Shown here piece after piece: positions 1 to 33,100 of a DNA stretch of 60,000 nt. How positions within the stretch are numbered: the stretch's first letter is position 1; every line of letters begins with the position of its first letter. The translations under genes were made by a program, and so were the position numbers. The DNA comes from Felis catus (Eukaryota): NCBI RefSeq assembly GCF_018350175.1, contig NC_058369.1, positions 188,001 to 248,000 on the forward strand, given 5' to 3'. Below the pieces are notes generated by a model. The model was not told where the DNA came from. It was given only the letters and a program-made list of their open reading frames with translations, and ran no database searches.

Positions 1-260
1 GCTGCTGGGCCTCGTTGGGACCCTTTGCAGAAAGTCACGGGTTGTGTGGTGGGAGCATATCGTGCCTGCCTGTCTGTCTGAGGTCTGTGCTGCCGGGTCG
101 CCTCCAGTCTGTGTTGTGTGTGGGGACAGCTCGAGGCAGGCAGGGCCCCCGACATCCCCGCCTGGCTGTGGAGGAGTGGTGTGGCGGCCATCCTGCCAGA
201 GCTGCGTCCTGACCTGCCCGCCACCTGCCTGCTCACCAATAAAGGCTGACCCGTGTCCGT
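1..260 (+). other. BSG: Probable 3' UTR end of basigin (BSG/CD147) with poly(A) signal AATAAA at 238-243
   Basis: AATAAA followed by GU/U-rich sequence; BSG lies directly upstream of HCN2 in mammals; no coding exon visible, so identity rests on synteny. Confidence 0.55.
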
Positions 261-1345
261 CTTTCCAGGCTCCTGTGTGCGCCGGCCCAGGGTCTCAGCA
301 GGAGAACCAGGGCAGGGGTGGGGGGGTGCAGATGGGGGGGGGGGGCAGAGGGGCCGGGCCTGTGGCAGGTCTGGGAATGGGAGGGGCTCACCAGCTGGTT
401 CCCTCCACACAGCAGCCCTTCCCTCTGAGTTTGTTTCTTGCCGTCAGAGAGGACCGGACAGGGGCACCTGGGAATCCTTCCCATGGGCCCCCCAGGACAG
501 AACAGACAACCCCCACCCACAGCTGCCTGGCACCCACCTGCCCTGGGCAGGAAGCTCCCTGTGGTTTGAGTGGGAGGTGAGGGGGTGGGGCAGGCCCTCA
601 TGATGGATCCCAGCAGGTGTCCGTAGTGGAGCCAGCCCCTTGGGACTTTGTCCAGCTGAAGGGGGGCCACTGAGGCCTAGAAAGCCCCGAAGGGCAGTGC
701 TGTGGTAGGGAGGTGGCCCTTCTGAGCTGGCCCCCAGGAGAAAGGGAGTCCCTGTTTGCACAGCCCAGCCTGACAACTGCAACAAACATGGGTGGGGCTG
801 AGGGTCTGGGGAACACTCCATGGGAGCAGATCACAGGAGGTAGGGCCTCATGAGCTTCGTCCTCGCCAAACCTGGGGGCTCTGGCCCGTGCCATCTAGGC
901 CTCCTGCTTGGTACAGAGGAGTGACCCCGCAGCCACTCCTAGGGAGTGTGGTCATCCCATACCTCCCCTCTGGGGTCAGGAGGAACCAGAGGCCAAGGAG
1001 CTCTGAGCCAGCTATTCCCAAGTCTCCGGAGCAGCCAGAAATTGGGGCTTGCATGTGAAATTCTTAATTTTCAATGTGGGCAAAAACTCCAGCGTAACGA
1101 CGCCCGCGAGGTCAAGCCTGGCCCGCGAACTGCCAGTTTGAGACTCCAGGCTCTGAAGTGGTGCTGACCGGGGTGCCCCCAGCCCCGCTGAGCTCTGGCG
1201 GCCACACTGTCAGCTGCAAGTATTCCCTGGGCTTCTGTGGGCAGAACGGGTGTCCGTGATACAGCCCCTTCCCACCCCCAGGTCACCGGGAAGAGCTGAA
1301 CCCGCTGGGCTGGAGGAGCTGCGGACCCGGCCTTCCCCCTGGCCG

Positions 1346-1360
1346 TCACCAGAGGGCGCT
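1346..1360 (+). promoter_or_regulatory. Candidate CTCF site
   Basis: TCACCAGAGGGCGCT closely matches the CTCF core CCASYAGRKGGCRS. Confidence 0.45.
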
Positions 1361-4300
1361 ACGCACTTGCCATGGAGCAGGCTCTAGGGGCCAGCGGAGC
1401 CCCTCCTCTACAGAGGGCTCTTGGGGCTGCACCAGCCTGGCCCTGGACACAGCTGGCCCAGCCTCCCTGCACCCTGGGGTTCCTTGGGGGCACCCACCAC
1501 TCACACTTTGTGGAGATCACGAAGCAACACTGGCTGGGCACCCGTGTCGTGGCTGGGCTGTGGCGGGGGAGGAGGTGATGACGAGCTGGCCCCTCGCTGG
1601 GGAAGCTGCCGGGGCTCAGGTGCAGCCTCCCTCCTCGCCCGAAGTCAGAAGGCACACGTGCGCACTGGGTTGCCGGGCTCTGTGTCCCCCGGGAGGCCAG
1701 GGCCCTGTCCATCTGCTTCCTGCCGCGCTCTGCACTGGGTCCAGACGGGACGTACGGGAGCTTCTGGCCGCCAGAGCCTGGGGCAGGAGCGGGGCTTCCT
1801 GGAGCGTGGGGGGTGCTGTGGCAAGGTGAGCGAGGCTCGGCCTCCTTAGCAGCCCTCTCTGGCCCTCCTAGCCCAAAAGACCCTCCCCTCACAGGTGCCC
1901 CTCACGTGGACGGGTAATTAGCCAAACTGGGGCCACTCACAAGCAGCTTGGTAAGCTTTCTTTGTAAGTACTTAAGTATTCATCCCTCCATCTGTAAGCA
2001 TTTAATGAGCGCGGCAGTGTGCGCTCCGTGCCGCTGGGGGGCGTTCTTGTTAACAGCCTGCTGGAGCCTGCCTCAGTTTCCCCAGAGTGGGATGAAGAAG
2101 TGACAGCAGCCAAGTCTCAAGAGTCCATGGGTTCATATTTGGCAAGTGCTAGGAGGCTCAGGAACTGGTGTCTCGGGGTCCCAATCTGGGAGGGCAGAAG
2201 GGCAGAGGGCTGGGGTGTCCATTAGATGAAACGGCACGTTGCCGGTGCTCTTTGGAAGTGCCCCACGGGCATCTCTGGGCCCACAGAGGGGGCTGTGCAT
2301 CCTCTCCCTGGGACACCCCACCCAGGGCACCCCAAGGTGCGGGCACCCCAAGGTCTCACACCGGTTGGCAGCAAGGGAGGGATTGGGGGTCTTGCCCAGC
2401 AGCAGAAGACAGAGCTGGAACGAAGTAGGACAGAAGTGCTGGGGGTCATCAGGTCTGGCTGTCCCGCCCCATCCACCAGGGAGAGTGATCTCTGTGAGGA
2501 AAGGAAAACCCTGCTGAGTCCTAGGTTAGCAGAACTGAGGACATCCTCACTGCAGACACCATGAAGCTGAGGTCACTTGCCACTCTGGGCGGGACCCCCA
2601 GAGCACAATGGTGTTTGCATGTGTGGCTCTAAGACCTGGGGCACATCACCCTCTCTTTCCTAAGCCAACCGTCCTGCCACCCATGTCTGATCAGACATCT
2701 CAGTATTCTTTGAGTCCGGCAGCCCCTGAGGCTTAAACTCCGGGACAGTCACTGGTCTGGGGCCTGCCAAAGCTCTGGCCTCGTTTTGTCTTCTTGTTCT
2801 TAAATTATTTTTCACTCAGAGGGAGGGTGCCCAGACTGTCTGGGCTTCAGGGCCTCCAGCCTGGACTTGCCCCAGCTAGAGAGGGAGCAGGCTTCTGAGT
2901 GGAGGTCCGAAGGTGCCCCCAGAGCCCGTGCCGGGGGTAGCACCGAAGGAGGGACGGTGCCAGGGCTCAGCGCAGCAGAGGCACTGTCCGTAGAGTCCAG
3001 GAATGGTGAGGAAGGATGGGGGGCTAACTGGATGGTGCGGAGGGATTGGGGTTTCCTTCCAAAGGCACTGGGGAGTCCAGAGCAGTTTCAGGCAACAGAC
3101 CTGCCTCACCCACTGCTGTCTCAGCGTCCTCATCATCTTCACCCACCCCCTGGGTCCTTGATATCCCTTCTTCTCCCACAAGCCAGGCACCATCCCACCT
3201 CAGGGCTTTTTTGCACAGGCCTTGCCACCTTTCAGACACTCTTCCCGCAAATGTCCACGTGATACCAGCCCTCTCTTCCTTCTGGTTTTCCCTCAGGAAA
3301 GCCTCTGGACATCGCCGCCCCCGCCCCCCACCCCCCTGGCACCTTTTTCCTCCCTTTCCTGGCCTGAGTTGCGTGGCACTGGCCACCTTCTAATTATCTA
3401 TGAAACGTAATGTTTACTGTGTTGACTGTCCCCTCTGCTTAACTGTTGGCCTGTGAGAATCAGTTCTGAATTCCAGCCCCTGATCAAGTGCTTAATGAAG
3501 ATTTGTTGAATCAATGAATTGAATGAATGCAAAGAACACTCTGTCCTGGGCAGGTGGTGACAGGGTTGGGAGACGCACGCTGGTAGCCATCTGGCCCAGG
3601 GTGGAGTCTGTGGGAGGAAGGGGAGTTGTTGGGACCTGTGGACAGGGTCCCCAAGGCTCAGGAAGGGCCGGGACACCCCCCCCCCCCCGGCGACTCCCAG
3701 GTCCAGGCCTGCCTCTCCCACCCCCAGGCCTGGTGGGTCCTCAGGCTGGGCCACAGTCCGCCTCCCTCCTGCTCTCAGCCACAAGCCCTGGGGCTCTGGC
3801 GGCCTGCCCAGACTGACATGCTCCCAGGGTGAGCATAAAAGATCCCCCTTCAACTGGAGCACACATCTGCCCGGGGCGGGCCGCAGCCTGGCACTGCCAA
3901 CCCTACTGCCCATCTTCTCGCCACCACCTCAGGACAGAGAGCAGCCCTGCCCGCCCACCCGCCTGGCTGTAGGTCTGGCCACAGGCAAGATGGCAGTGAC
4001 CCCAGGGAGGCCAGGCCTGCCTCATGGAAGCACCGGGGTCCCCGGGGCTCGAGGCAGCCTGGTGGGGGCTCAAGATGGCCCGGCTCAGTCCCTCTCTCAA
4101 TCACCACTGAGCACCCACCCTGTTCAGGGACAGTTACATCTCTGCTCTCATGGACCCAACATCCCAGCAGGCGGATGTGCCCACGGAACAGTGCTATGAA
4201 GGCTGGAGGCTCCCGGAGGCCAGGACGTGCCTTCTCCTCTCTGTCTCCCTCCATCACCTGCCTCTCAGGACGCCTCTCCCCCACTCTGGTTGAGCCCAGC

Positions 4301-4527
4301 TAGGGACGAGGGCCTAGGGGCTAGGGACCAGGGGCTAGGGCCTGTGCTCCCATGTCACTTAACACCAAGTAAGTCCCCAACCTGGCTCCTGGTCCCGGCA
4401 CAGAGCCTCAGGTGTCCCCCCAGAGGTGGGGGCTGGGCCCAAGAGGCAGAGAAATGGGGCAGTCGGGTGGGACTCCCATGTGGGCATCAGTGGGAAGTGG
4501 GCAGGGACTCTGAGTTCCCCTCTATGA

Positions 4528-26216
<21,689 letters not shown>

Positions 26217-26924
26217 CCTTCGCCGTGCCGCCCCGCGGGCCCAGGCGGGCCGGGGGCGGGGCCGTCATCCACACCAAAGCCATGCCATCGCGCGCTGCCC
26301 CGGCCGTCGTCGGCCGCCCGCCCCAGAAGCCATAGAGGAGTCCTAGGTAGTTGTAGTCGGACGGGCGGGCCGGGGCGGCGCGGCAGCCCCCTCCGAGCCC
26401 CCGCCGTGCCCTTCATCGCCCTGCGCCCACCCACATCGTCCTTGCCCCCGGCGGCGGCCTCGCCTGAGTGCGTGCGAGGGGGCCCCCCTTCACCTCGGTG
26501 CCTCAGTTCCCCCAACTGTGAAGCGGGGACGGGGACGGCCCCGTGGCCGAAAGGAGATGGCCGTGGAGTCCTGCCCGCCCCCACCCTCGTAGGTGGCCCG
26601 TCCGATGAGGATTCTGTTTTTTAAGTGCAATACTTGGCCCGCCGGCTTCCCGCTGCCCCCATCGCGCTCACGCAATAACCGGCCCGGCCCCCCCCTCCCC
26701 CCTCCCCGACCCTGTCCGCGCTCGCGCGCGCGGCCCGCGGTGACCTCCCCCCGGAGCGGGCACACCCCGCCCCCTCCGGCGCCCAGGGGCGGGCAGTCCT
26801 GGCTGCGCCCGGGCGCGGGGGTCGGAGGTGAGGCCGGGCCGCCGTGATGAATGTACCGACGGGCCGAGGCAGCAGCACCCCCACCGCGCTCCACGCCCCT
26901 AACCCCCACACCCCCATTCCGCGC

Positions 26925-26930
26925 AATAAA
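26925..26930 (+). terminator. HCN2 poly(A) signal
   Basis: First AATAAA after the stop, ~710 nt downstream. Confidence 0.85.
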
Positions 26931-27041
26931 CGACAGCATTGGCGTCCAGCCTGCCGGCCTCTGACTGCTTGGTGCCGGGGCCCAGCTGCTCGGGTGCCCC
27001 GAGACCGGCGGGAGACGCTCGACCCCATGGGTGGCAACAGC

Positions 27042-27047
27042 TTTATT
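27042..27047 (-). terminator. POLRMT poly(A) signal
   Basis: TTTATT on + (AATAAA on -), ~35 nt past the POLRMT stop. Confidence 0.85.
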
Positions 27048-27081
27048 TACACTATGGTACAGGGCGGGCGGCGGCGCGGCG

Positions 27082-27131
27082 TCAGCTGAAGAAGTAAGTG
27101 GAGTGCTTCACCTGCTTCAGGTCGAAGGCCC
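27082..27131 (-). CDS. POLRMT: POLRMT exon 21
   Basis: [20 protein letters not shown]. Confidence 0.93.
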
Positions 27132-30100
27132 CTGTGGAGCAGAGGGCCCAGCGGAGACCTCGGGGCGGGGCCCTGGGCGACACCTCCCGCGCCCCCGCCC
27201 TCAGGGAACGCTCAGGGTGTCGGGCCCTACCTGTCTTAGGCACCGACTTCAGCGTGTCCTGGAGCTTGCCAGTCCGCATGCCCTTCAAGTGCTGTGGGGA
27301 CCTGAGGCCGAGGGCAGGGTGGGCGTGAGGCCCAGTGGGGCAGGGAGGGGTGGTCCCGGCCGCACTGGGGGAAGGGGCGCTAAACCTGGAGCCAGAGCAG
27401 AATCGCTTCATCAGGAACCTGGACAGGTTGTGCAGGATGGGCTGGCTGTGCAGGCGGACAAACTGCTCCCGGCATACCTGGGGGCAGGGGGGTCGTCGGG
27501 AGGGAGAACAGGGGCCTGAGGGGCGGGGGCAGGGGAGGGCGGAGCTTCCCAGGTCCCGCCCCAACCCGGGAACTGACGGCTGGACTGAGGCTGCCGGTGC
27601 CTGGTGCTACGGGGCAAGGGCGTGGGGTCAAGGGGACCCGCTGCCCTCTGAGGGGGGGCCAGGTGTGGGCGCAGGGCGGGCAGCACCTGGTTCATGACCT
27701 CCACGTCAGCTGCGTGGGTCCAGAAGCAGTCGTGCACGGAGACAAAGGTCAGGCCTTTCCTGCGGTGGCAGTCGGGGTCTCCCGTGAGGGGGGCTGCCCC
27801 TCCAGGGCCACTCCCCCCTCTGCTCCTTCCCATCCTCACCTCAAGCCCCCCCACCCGCGGTGGGACCCGGCTCCCCACCGGTCAGCTCACCTGTTCATGG
27901 TCCCGCCTCACACCCTCTTCACACCTCCTGACCCCCCGTGTCCCAGCCACTGACTGTTTGCCAGTCTTGTTAATACCGGGAAACGGTTCTCCTCTTAGTA
28001 AGAAAACTCTGTCCCATGTCACTGCCCACACCCCCCCGCCATCCCCAGTTGCCGCAGCCGATACTGTCCCCCCACCCATCACTACAGGGCTCTGTCCCAG
28101 GGGTCCTGTGCCACCCGCAGGAGGCAGGCACAAATGGCAACCTGTCTCTGAACGCCGGCTCCTTCCTAACCCAACTATCCACACACCTGCCCTATGGCCA
28201 TGCTTGGGTGCCTCTGCAGAGCTCAGAACAGAAACCCAGACGCTTCCCCCTACAAGGCCCACGAACCCGTCAGAACAGTGTGCTGCCGGCACTCCCTTGG
28301 ATGGAACCACAGGCACTTCTCACTCGGAGCAGTGACACCTTCCCCACCGGCCCAGCCAGCTGCTTCCCCCTCACACACACCTCGCCGCCTCGGGGCCTTT
28401 GCGTGTGCTTACGTGTAGTCCTTTTCTGGGCACCGGGTCCCACGACCCATGTGACTAGGGTCCTCGCCTCCTGTAGGCCTCGGTCCTGGTCCCCTGACCC
28501 TGTCTGACCCGGCCTCACCGCCTGCCTTCCCCACTCTGTAGGTCCCCACTGTGTCCCCAACACCCAGAAGAGGGTGTGCACACAGATCGCTAACAGACAC
28601 AGTCTGAGCACGCCCGGCCCACGAGGCAAGCTGCAGACGTGGGGCCCACCTGTAGCAGTGCAGGGCTGTGAGCATCATGTGTGAAGAGTCCAGAGAGTGG
28701 ATGAAGTTGGGGGGGAAGCCATTCTTCTGCTTCAGTGTGTTGGGCCTCCTGGGGAGGGGGAGGACTCAGCCGCCTCTAGCCTGGTCTGACCCGGGGGCAG
28801 CCCCCAGCCCAGCACCCCCACCGGCACTCACTGGCTGGTATCCCCACTGTGGCTGAAGGTGAGGCTCTGGATCCCGCCGCTGATCTGCAGGAGCGGGGTG
28901 GGGAGGGTCAGGAGTCCCGCCCGGACAGGGACACGGGGCGGGGGTGGTGGGGGTGGGGCCGCACCTACCATGACCTTGGAGTCCCGGTGGTAGGGCTGGA
29001 TGATGGGGATGCCCAGGGGCGTGACCCACTCCACAGCTGAGCCCGCGTGGGCAATGAGCCGGGCGCTCTCAGTCAGCCAGTGCTGTGGACACAGGGCACG
29101 GGCTCAGGGCAGGGCCCCGCTCGTCAGGGACAGCCCGGTGGGCCCGGGGAGGGGGCGAGGACACACCTGGATGGCCCGCGTGCCCGAGAACATCTCCTGG
29201 AGACTGTTGAACACCTGGCGCACCAGGTAGTGAGACGCCTCCCACACGAACTCCTGGAGGGGGTGCGGGGCAGCGGTCGGCGGGGGCACAGGGTGGGCGA
29301 TCACCCACCCACCTCCCCCCAGGAAAACGACCTCACGGCACCCTCTGGGAACCCAGAAGCCCGGCCCCATCTTTCTTTCGGAGAGAGACACGGGAGCCCC
29401 TGAGGCTGGGGGGTCGGGGGGGGGCAAGCCCCACCCCCAGGACTGCTTGCTGTCCAGCAGCTGGCCGTTCAGGGCAGGGGGCGGGCCGGGGCCGGGGGAA
29501 ACCTCGACACTGCCGCGGGGCCAAGCGCCCGCCAGGCTGCGCACCTGGGGGAAGTCGCTGAGCTCCCGCAGGCGCCTCTCGATCTGCAGGCGACCCCCGT
29601 AGCGGGTGACCCCGTACACCACAGTCATCACCGTCTGCTTCACCACCTTGCGGCTGATGAACCCCTCGAGCACCTGGGCGACCCGCACGCCCCGCTTGGC
29701 GTCCTGACTGCGGAACACCTCCACCTGCGCAGGCGTTCGGGGTCAGCGGGCGGGTGCGTAGACCTTCTGCCTCCCGCCCTGCCCGGCAGCCCCTTCTCTT
29801 CCCGAGGACCCCACGGTTCCCTCTTCTGACACCTCCCTGGGGAAGCCCACCCTGACTGCCTGCTCCCGTCACAGGTGACTGGGGCCACGCGACCTGCAAA
29901 TCCAGGTGTCCCCAGGACGGAGACCCCACGCGGGCCCTGGGCACGAGCAGGCGGGGACCGCGGTGCCCACCTGCGCGGCCACTCCGCTGTACACGTCCTG
30001 CGGCACGTCCGAGGGCAGCAGGTTGACGGAGGCGGCCCCGATGCTGTCGCGGCCGAGAGCGGCATAGTGCTGCAGCCCGTTACAGGAGCCGTCCTGGGGC

Positions 30101-33100
30101 CGACAGGGGCGGGGGGGAGGGGCAACCCTGGGGATCGAGCCAGCACTCCGGGGCGCCCCAGTGTGCCGCCCGTACCACCGCCGTAGGAGGTCGCCCCGCA
30201 GGGCCAGCTGCTCCCACGGGGGCCGGCCTCCACGAGGGGGACACCAGTCAAACACAGCGGGATGTGCACTAGATGCCCACACTTCTACGGAACCTCGCAC
30301 GCCTCCAGCCGCGCCCCGCTGAGCCAGGCACATCCCGAGACAGGGTCCCCGCCAGCTCACCTGGTGGACCGGGAAGTGAGAAATATAGGCAGCGGGGTTG
30401 GGAGCGCGCACGGCCCGAGCGATCTCCATGCAGCAGGCCAGGGCCTGCCAGGGCTCCTCCACCTCCATCCACCACTTGCGGCCCTGAGGGAGGGCAGCAT
30501 GAGGCCGGGACAGAGCCCCCCGGAACAGCGGCGGGGGGGGGGGTGTGACGGGAGCGATGGGCAGGGAGGGACACCCGGGAACAGCCCCGAGCGAGCAGGA
30601 GCGGGACGGGGAAAGGTCTGGAAGAAGAGCTAACCCTGGAGGGAAGGGCCGCAGAGCCGCCGAGGAACCGGGGCCAAGGGAAACCCCGAAGGAGGACCGC
30701 CGCCAGGAGCGTGCCAAGGGAGGGGAGGGGGTAGCGGGTGCAGGGAACAGGTGGGGGAGGTGGGGGGAGGGGAAGACCCCGCTCCTACCGTCATGGGCCG
30801 GTCGGCAGAGTCCAGAATGTCCTCCATCACCTCGTCGGCGAAAACCAGGCGCGCCTGCAGCGGCTCCCGCTTCTTGAGCCCGGTCAGGTTGACCAGGTGG
30901 ACCTTGAGCCAGTCGAGGCCGCGGGGGCCGAGCGGGCGGCCCTGGGCGAACTCCAGCAGGGCGCGCGCCAGGTCGCTGCCCAGGTGGTTGAAGTGGGGCG
31001 GGCAGGGGTAGGTGCGGCCGCGGAAGTCCATGTTGTGGGGCAGCCAGAAGACGCGGTGACGCAGGTGCTGCGCCAGCGAGAGGCGGTATAGCGCGTCCGA
31101 CCGCAGGCTGTGCATCTCCCGGGCCACTTTGAGGCAGCGGGCCAGCTCCCGCCGCAGCTCGGCCTTCTGGGCAGGCGAGGCGTCCGGCGGCAGGCGGCCC
31201 TCGGGCGGCCGGGGCGCCTCGGAGGGCGGGGCCGGCACACCCAGGCGGGGGCAGCCCTTGGCGGCGAAGAGCTCCAGCACCAGGTCCAGCACGCGGCCGT
31301 TGACGCGCCAGGCGCAGTTGCCCAGCTGGGTGAGGGCGTCCAGGGCGCCGTGCAGCTCGGCGGGCGGGCAGCTGTCCAGCAGGCGCTGGTGCTGCGTGGT
31401 GCCCTCCACAGAGCGCACGAGCTTAGTGGGACTCAGCAGGAAGGCGCCCGTGTGCGGTGACGTCCAGGGCAGTGGCGGGCACAGCATGGGCACCTCGGCC
31501 GCCTCAAAGGTCAGCGTGTGCTCCGCTGCGGTCGCCAGCAGCTGCGTGAAGGCCGGGTGTGGCTTCAGGATCCCGATCTGGGGGCGAGGCGGGCAAAGAC
31601 CGGCAGAGGCGTCGATCGCCCCGAAGGACGCACGGCGGGCAGAGGGCCCCCTCCAGCCCCGGGACCGGGCGTAGGACCCCAGCAGGATTTCCACAGGACC
31701 CGGCCACGGCCCCGGGGTCCCCACGGCACCCGGAGCCCCCCGCCTCGCGCAGGCCCCACCTGGCGGAAGCTGCGGAAGGAGTACACGTGGTAGAGCACCG
31801 GGATGAGCGAGCAGGAGCCCTGGGGGGCGGCCAGGCTGCCGGGCATTCGCACCACCTCCACCAGCATCTCCGCCAGACGCTTGCCCAGCTGCACCAGCAC
31901 AGGCAAGGGCCAGGGCTGCTCATGGGGGGCCTCGGGCGCCCCCAGCGTCTCCCAGTACTGCCGCGGCAGGCAGGGCACCGCCACCTGGGGGCGGGGGAGT
32001 GGGTCAGGGGCTGGGGGTCTGAGCCCAGCCCTGCGCCCCCCCCACTGCCCCGGGCCTCACCTGGGTGTCCCAGGCCCCCCCCCCACGGGCCTCACCTGGG
32101 TGTCCGAGCCCCCCACGGGCCTCACCTGGGTGTCCCAGGCCCCCCCCCCACGGGCCTCACCTGGGTGTCTGAGCCCCCCACAGGCCTCACCTGGGTGTCC
32201 GAGCCCCGCCCCCCCACGGTCCTCACCTGGGTGTCTGAGCCCCCCCCCTTCACCTGGGTGTCCGAGGCCCCCCTCCCCCACGGGCCTCGCCTGGGTGTCC
32301 CAGCCCCGCCCCCCCACGGGCCTCGCCTGGGTGTCCGAGGCCAGCAGGTGCAGGTACTGGTAGTAGCGTTGCTGCAGCGCCTGCACCTGGCTGAGCTGCT
32401 TCTTCTGCACCGCGTGCCGGTTGAAGACGCGCAGGCCCAGCTGCTGCGCCAGGGAGAGGAGGGACTCTCCCTGCGGCGGCAGCACCTGCAGGGTCTGGGG
32501 GCGGCACAGTGAGGTGAGCAGAGCCCGGCCAGCGCCGCCACCCCCCCCACCCCCCCCAAGCCCGCCGACGCCCCACCTGCAGCAGCAGCCTGGCGAGCTC
32601 CCGCTCGGTGAGCAGACACAGGTACGGGAAGAGCGTGGGGCGGCCGGAGCGGGCGGCGCGGGCCTCACTGGCCTTCACGTCCCGCAGCCCCGCGCACAGC
32701 GCCTCCACCCACGCGGTGCGCAGCTGCTTCAGGGTCCTCCGCTGCGGGGGCGGGGCGGACACAGGAGTCACCGCCTCCGGAGGCGGGGGGAGTGGGGGGG
32801 GTGGGGAGACCCCGGAGGAGGGGTCCTCCCGAGCCACGTGGCCCACCGCGCACTCTCCTCGCGGCGGTGGGCGACCCACGGGCTGCCCCGGCCCCACCGC
32901 CCGCCCGACCCCAGGGGGCTGCGATTCAGCCGAGCTTCTCACCGCGTCCAGGACCTCCTTGGTGAGCAGCTGGGCCTTCTCCACCGACTGCACAGTGACG
33001 GTGGTGGCCATCTCCACACGCAGCTGCTGCTGGAAGAGGGTCTGCAGCTTCCACAGAGGCAGGTGCAGCTTGGGGTATGACACGGGGCCCTCCTGCGGGG

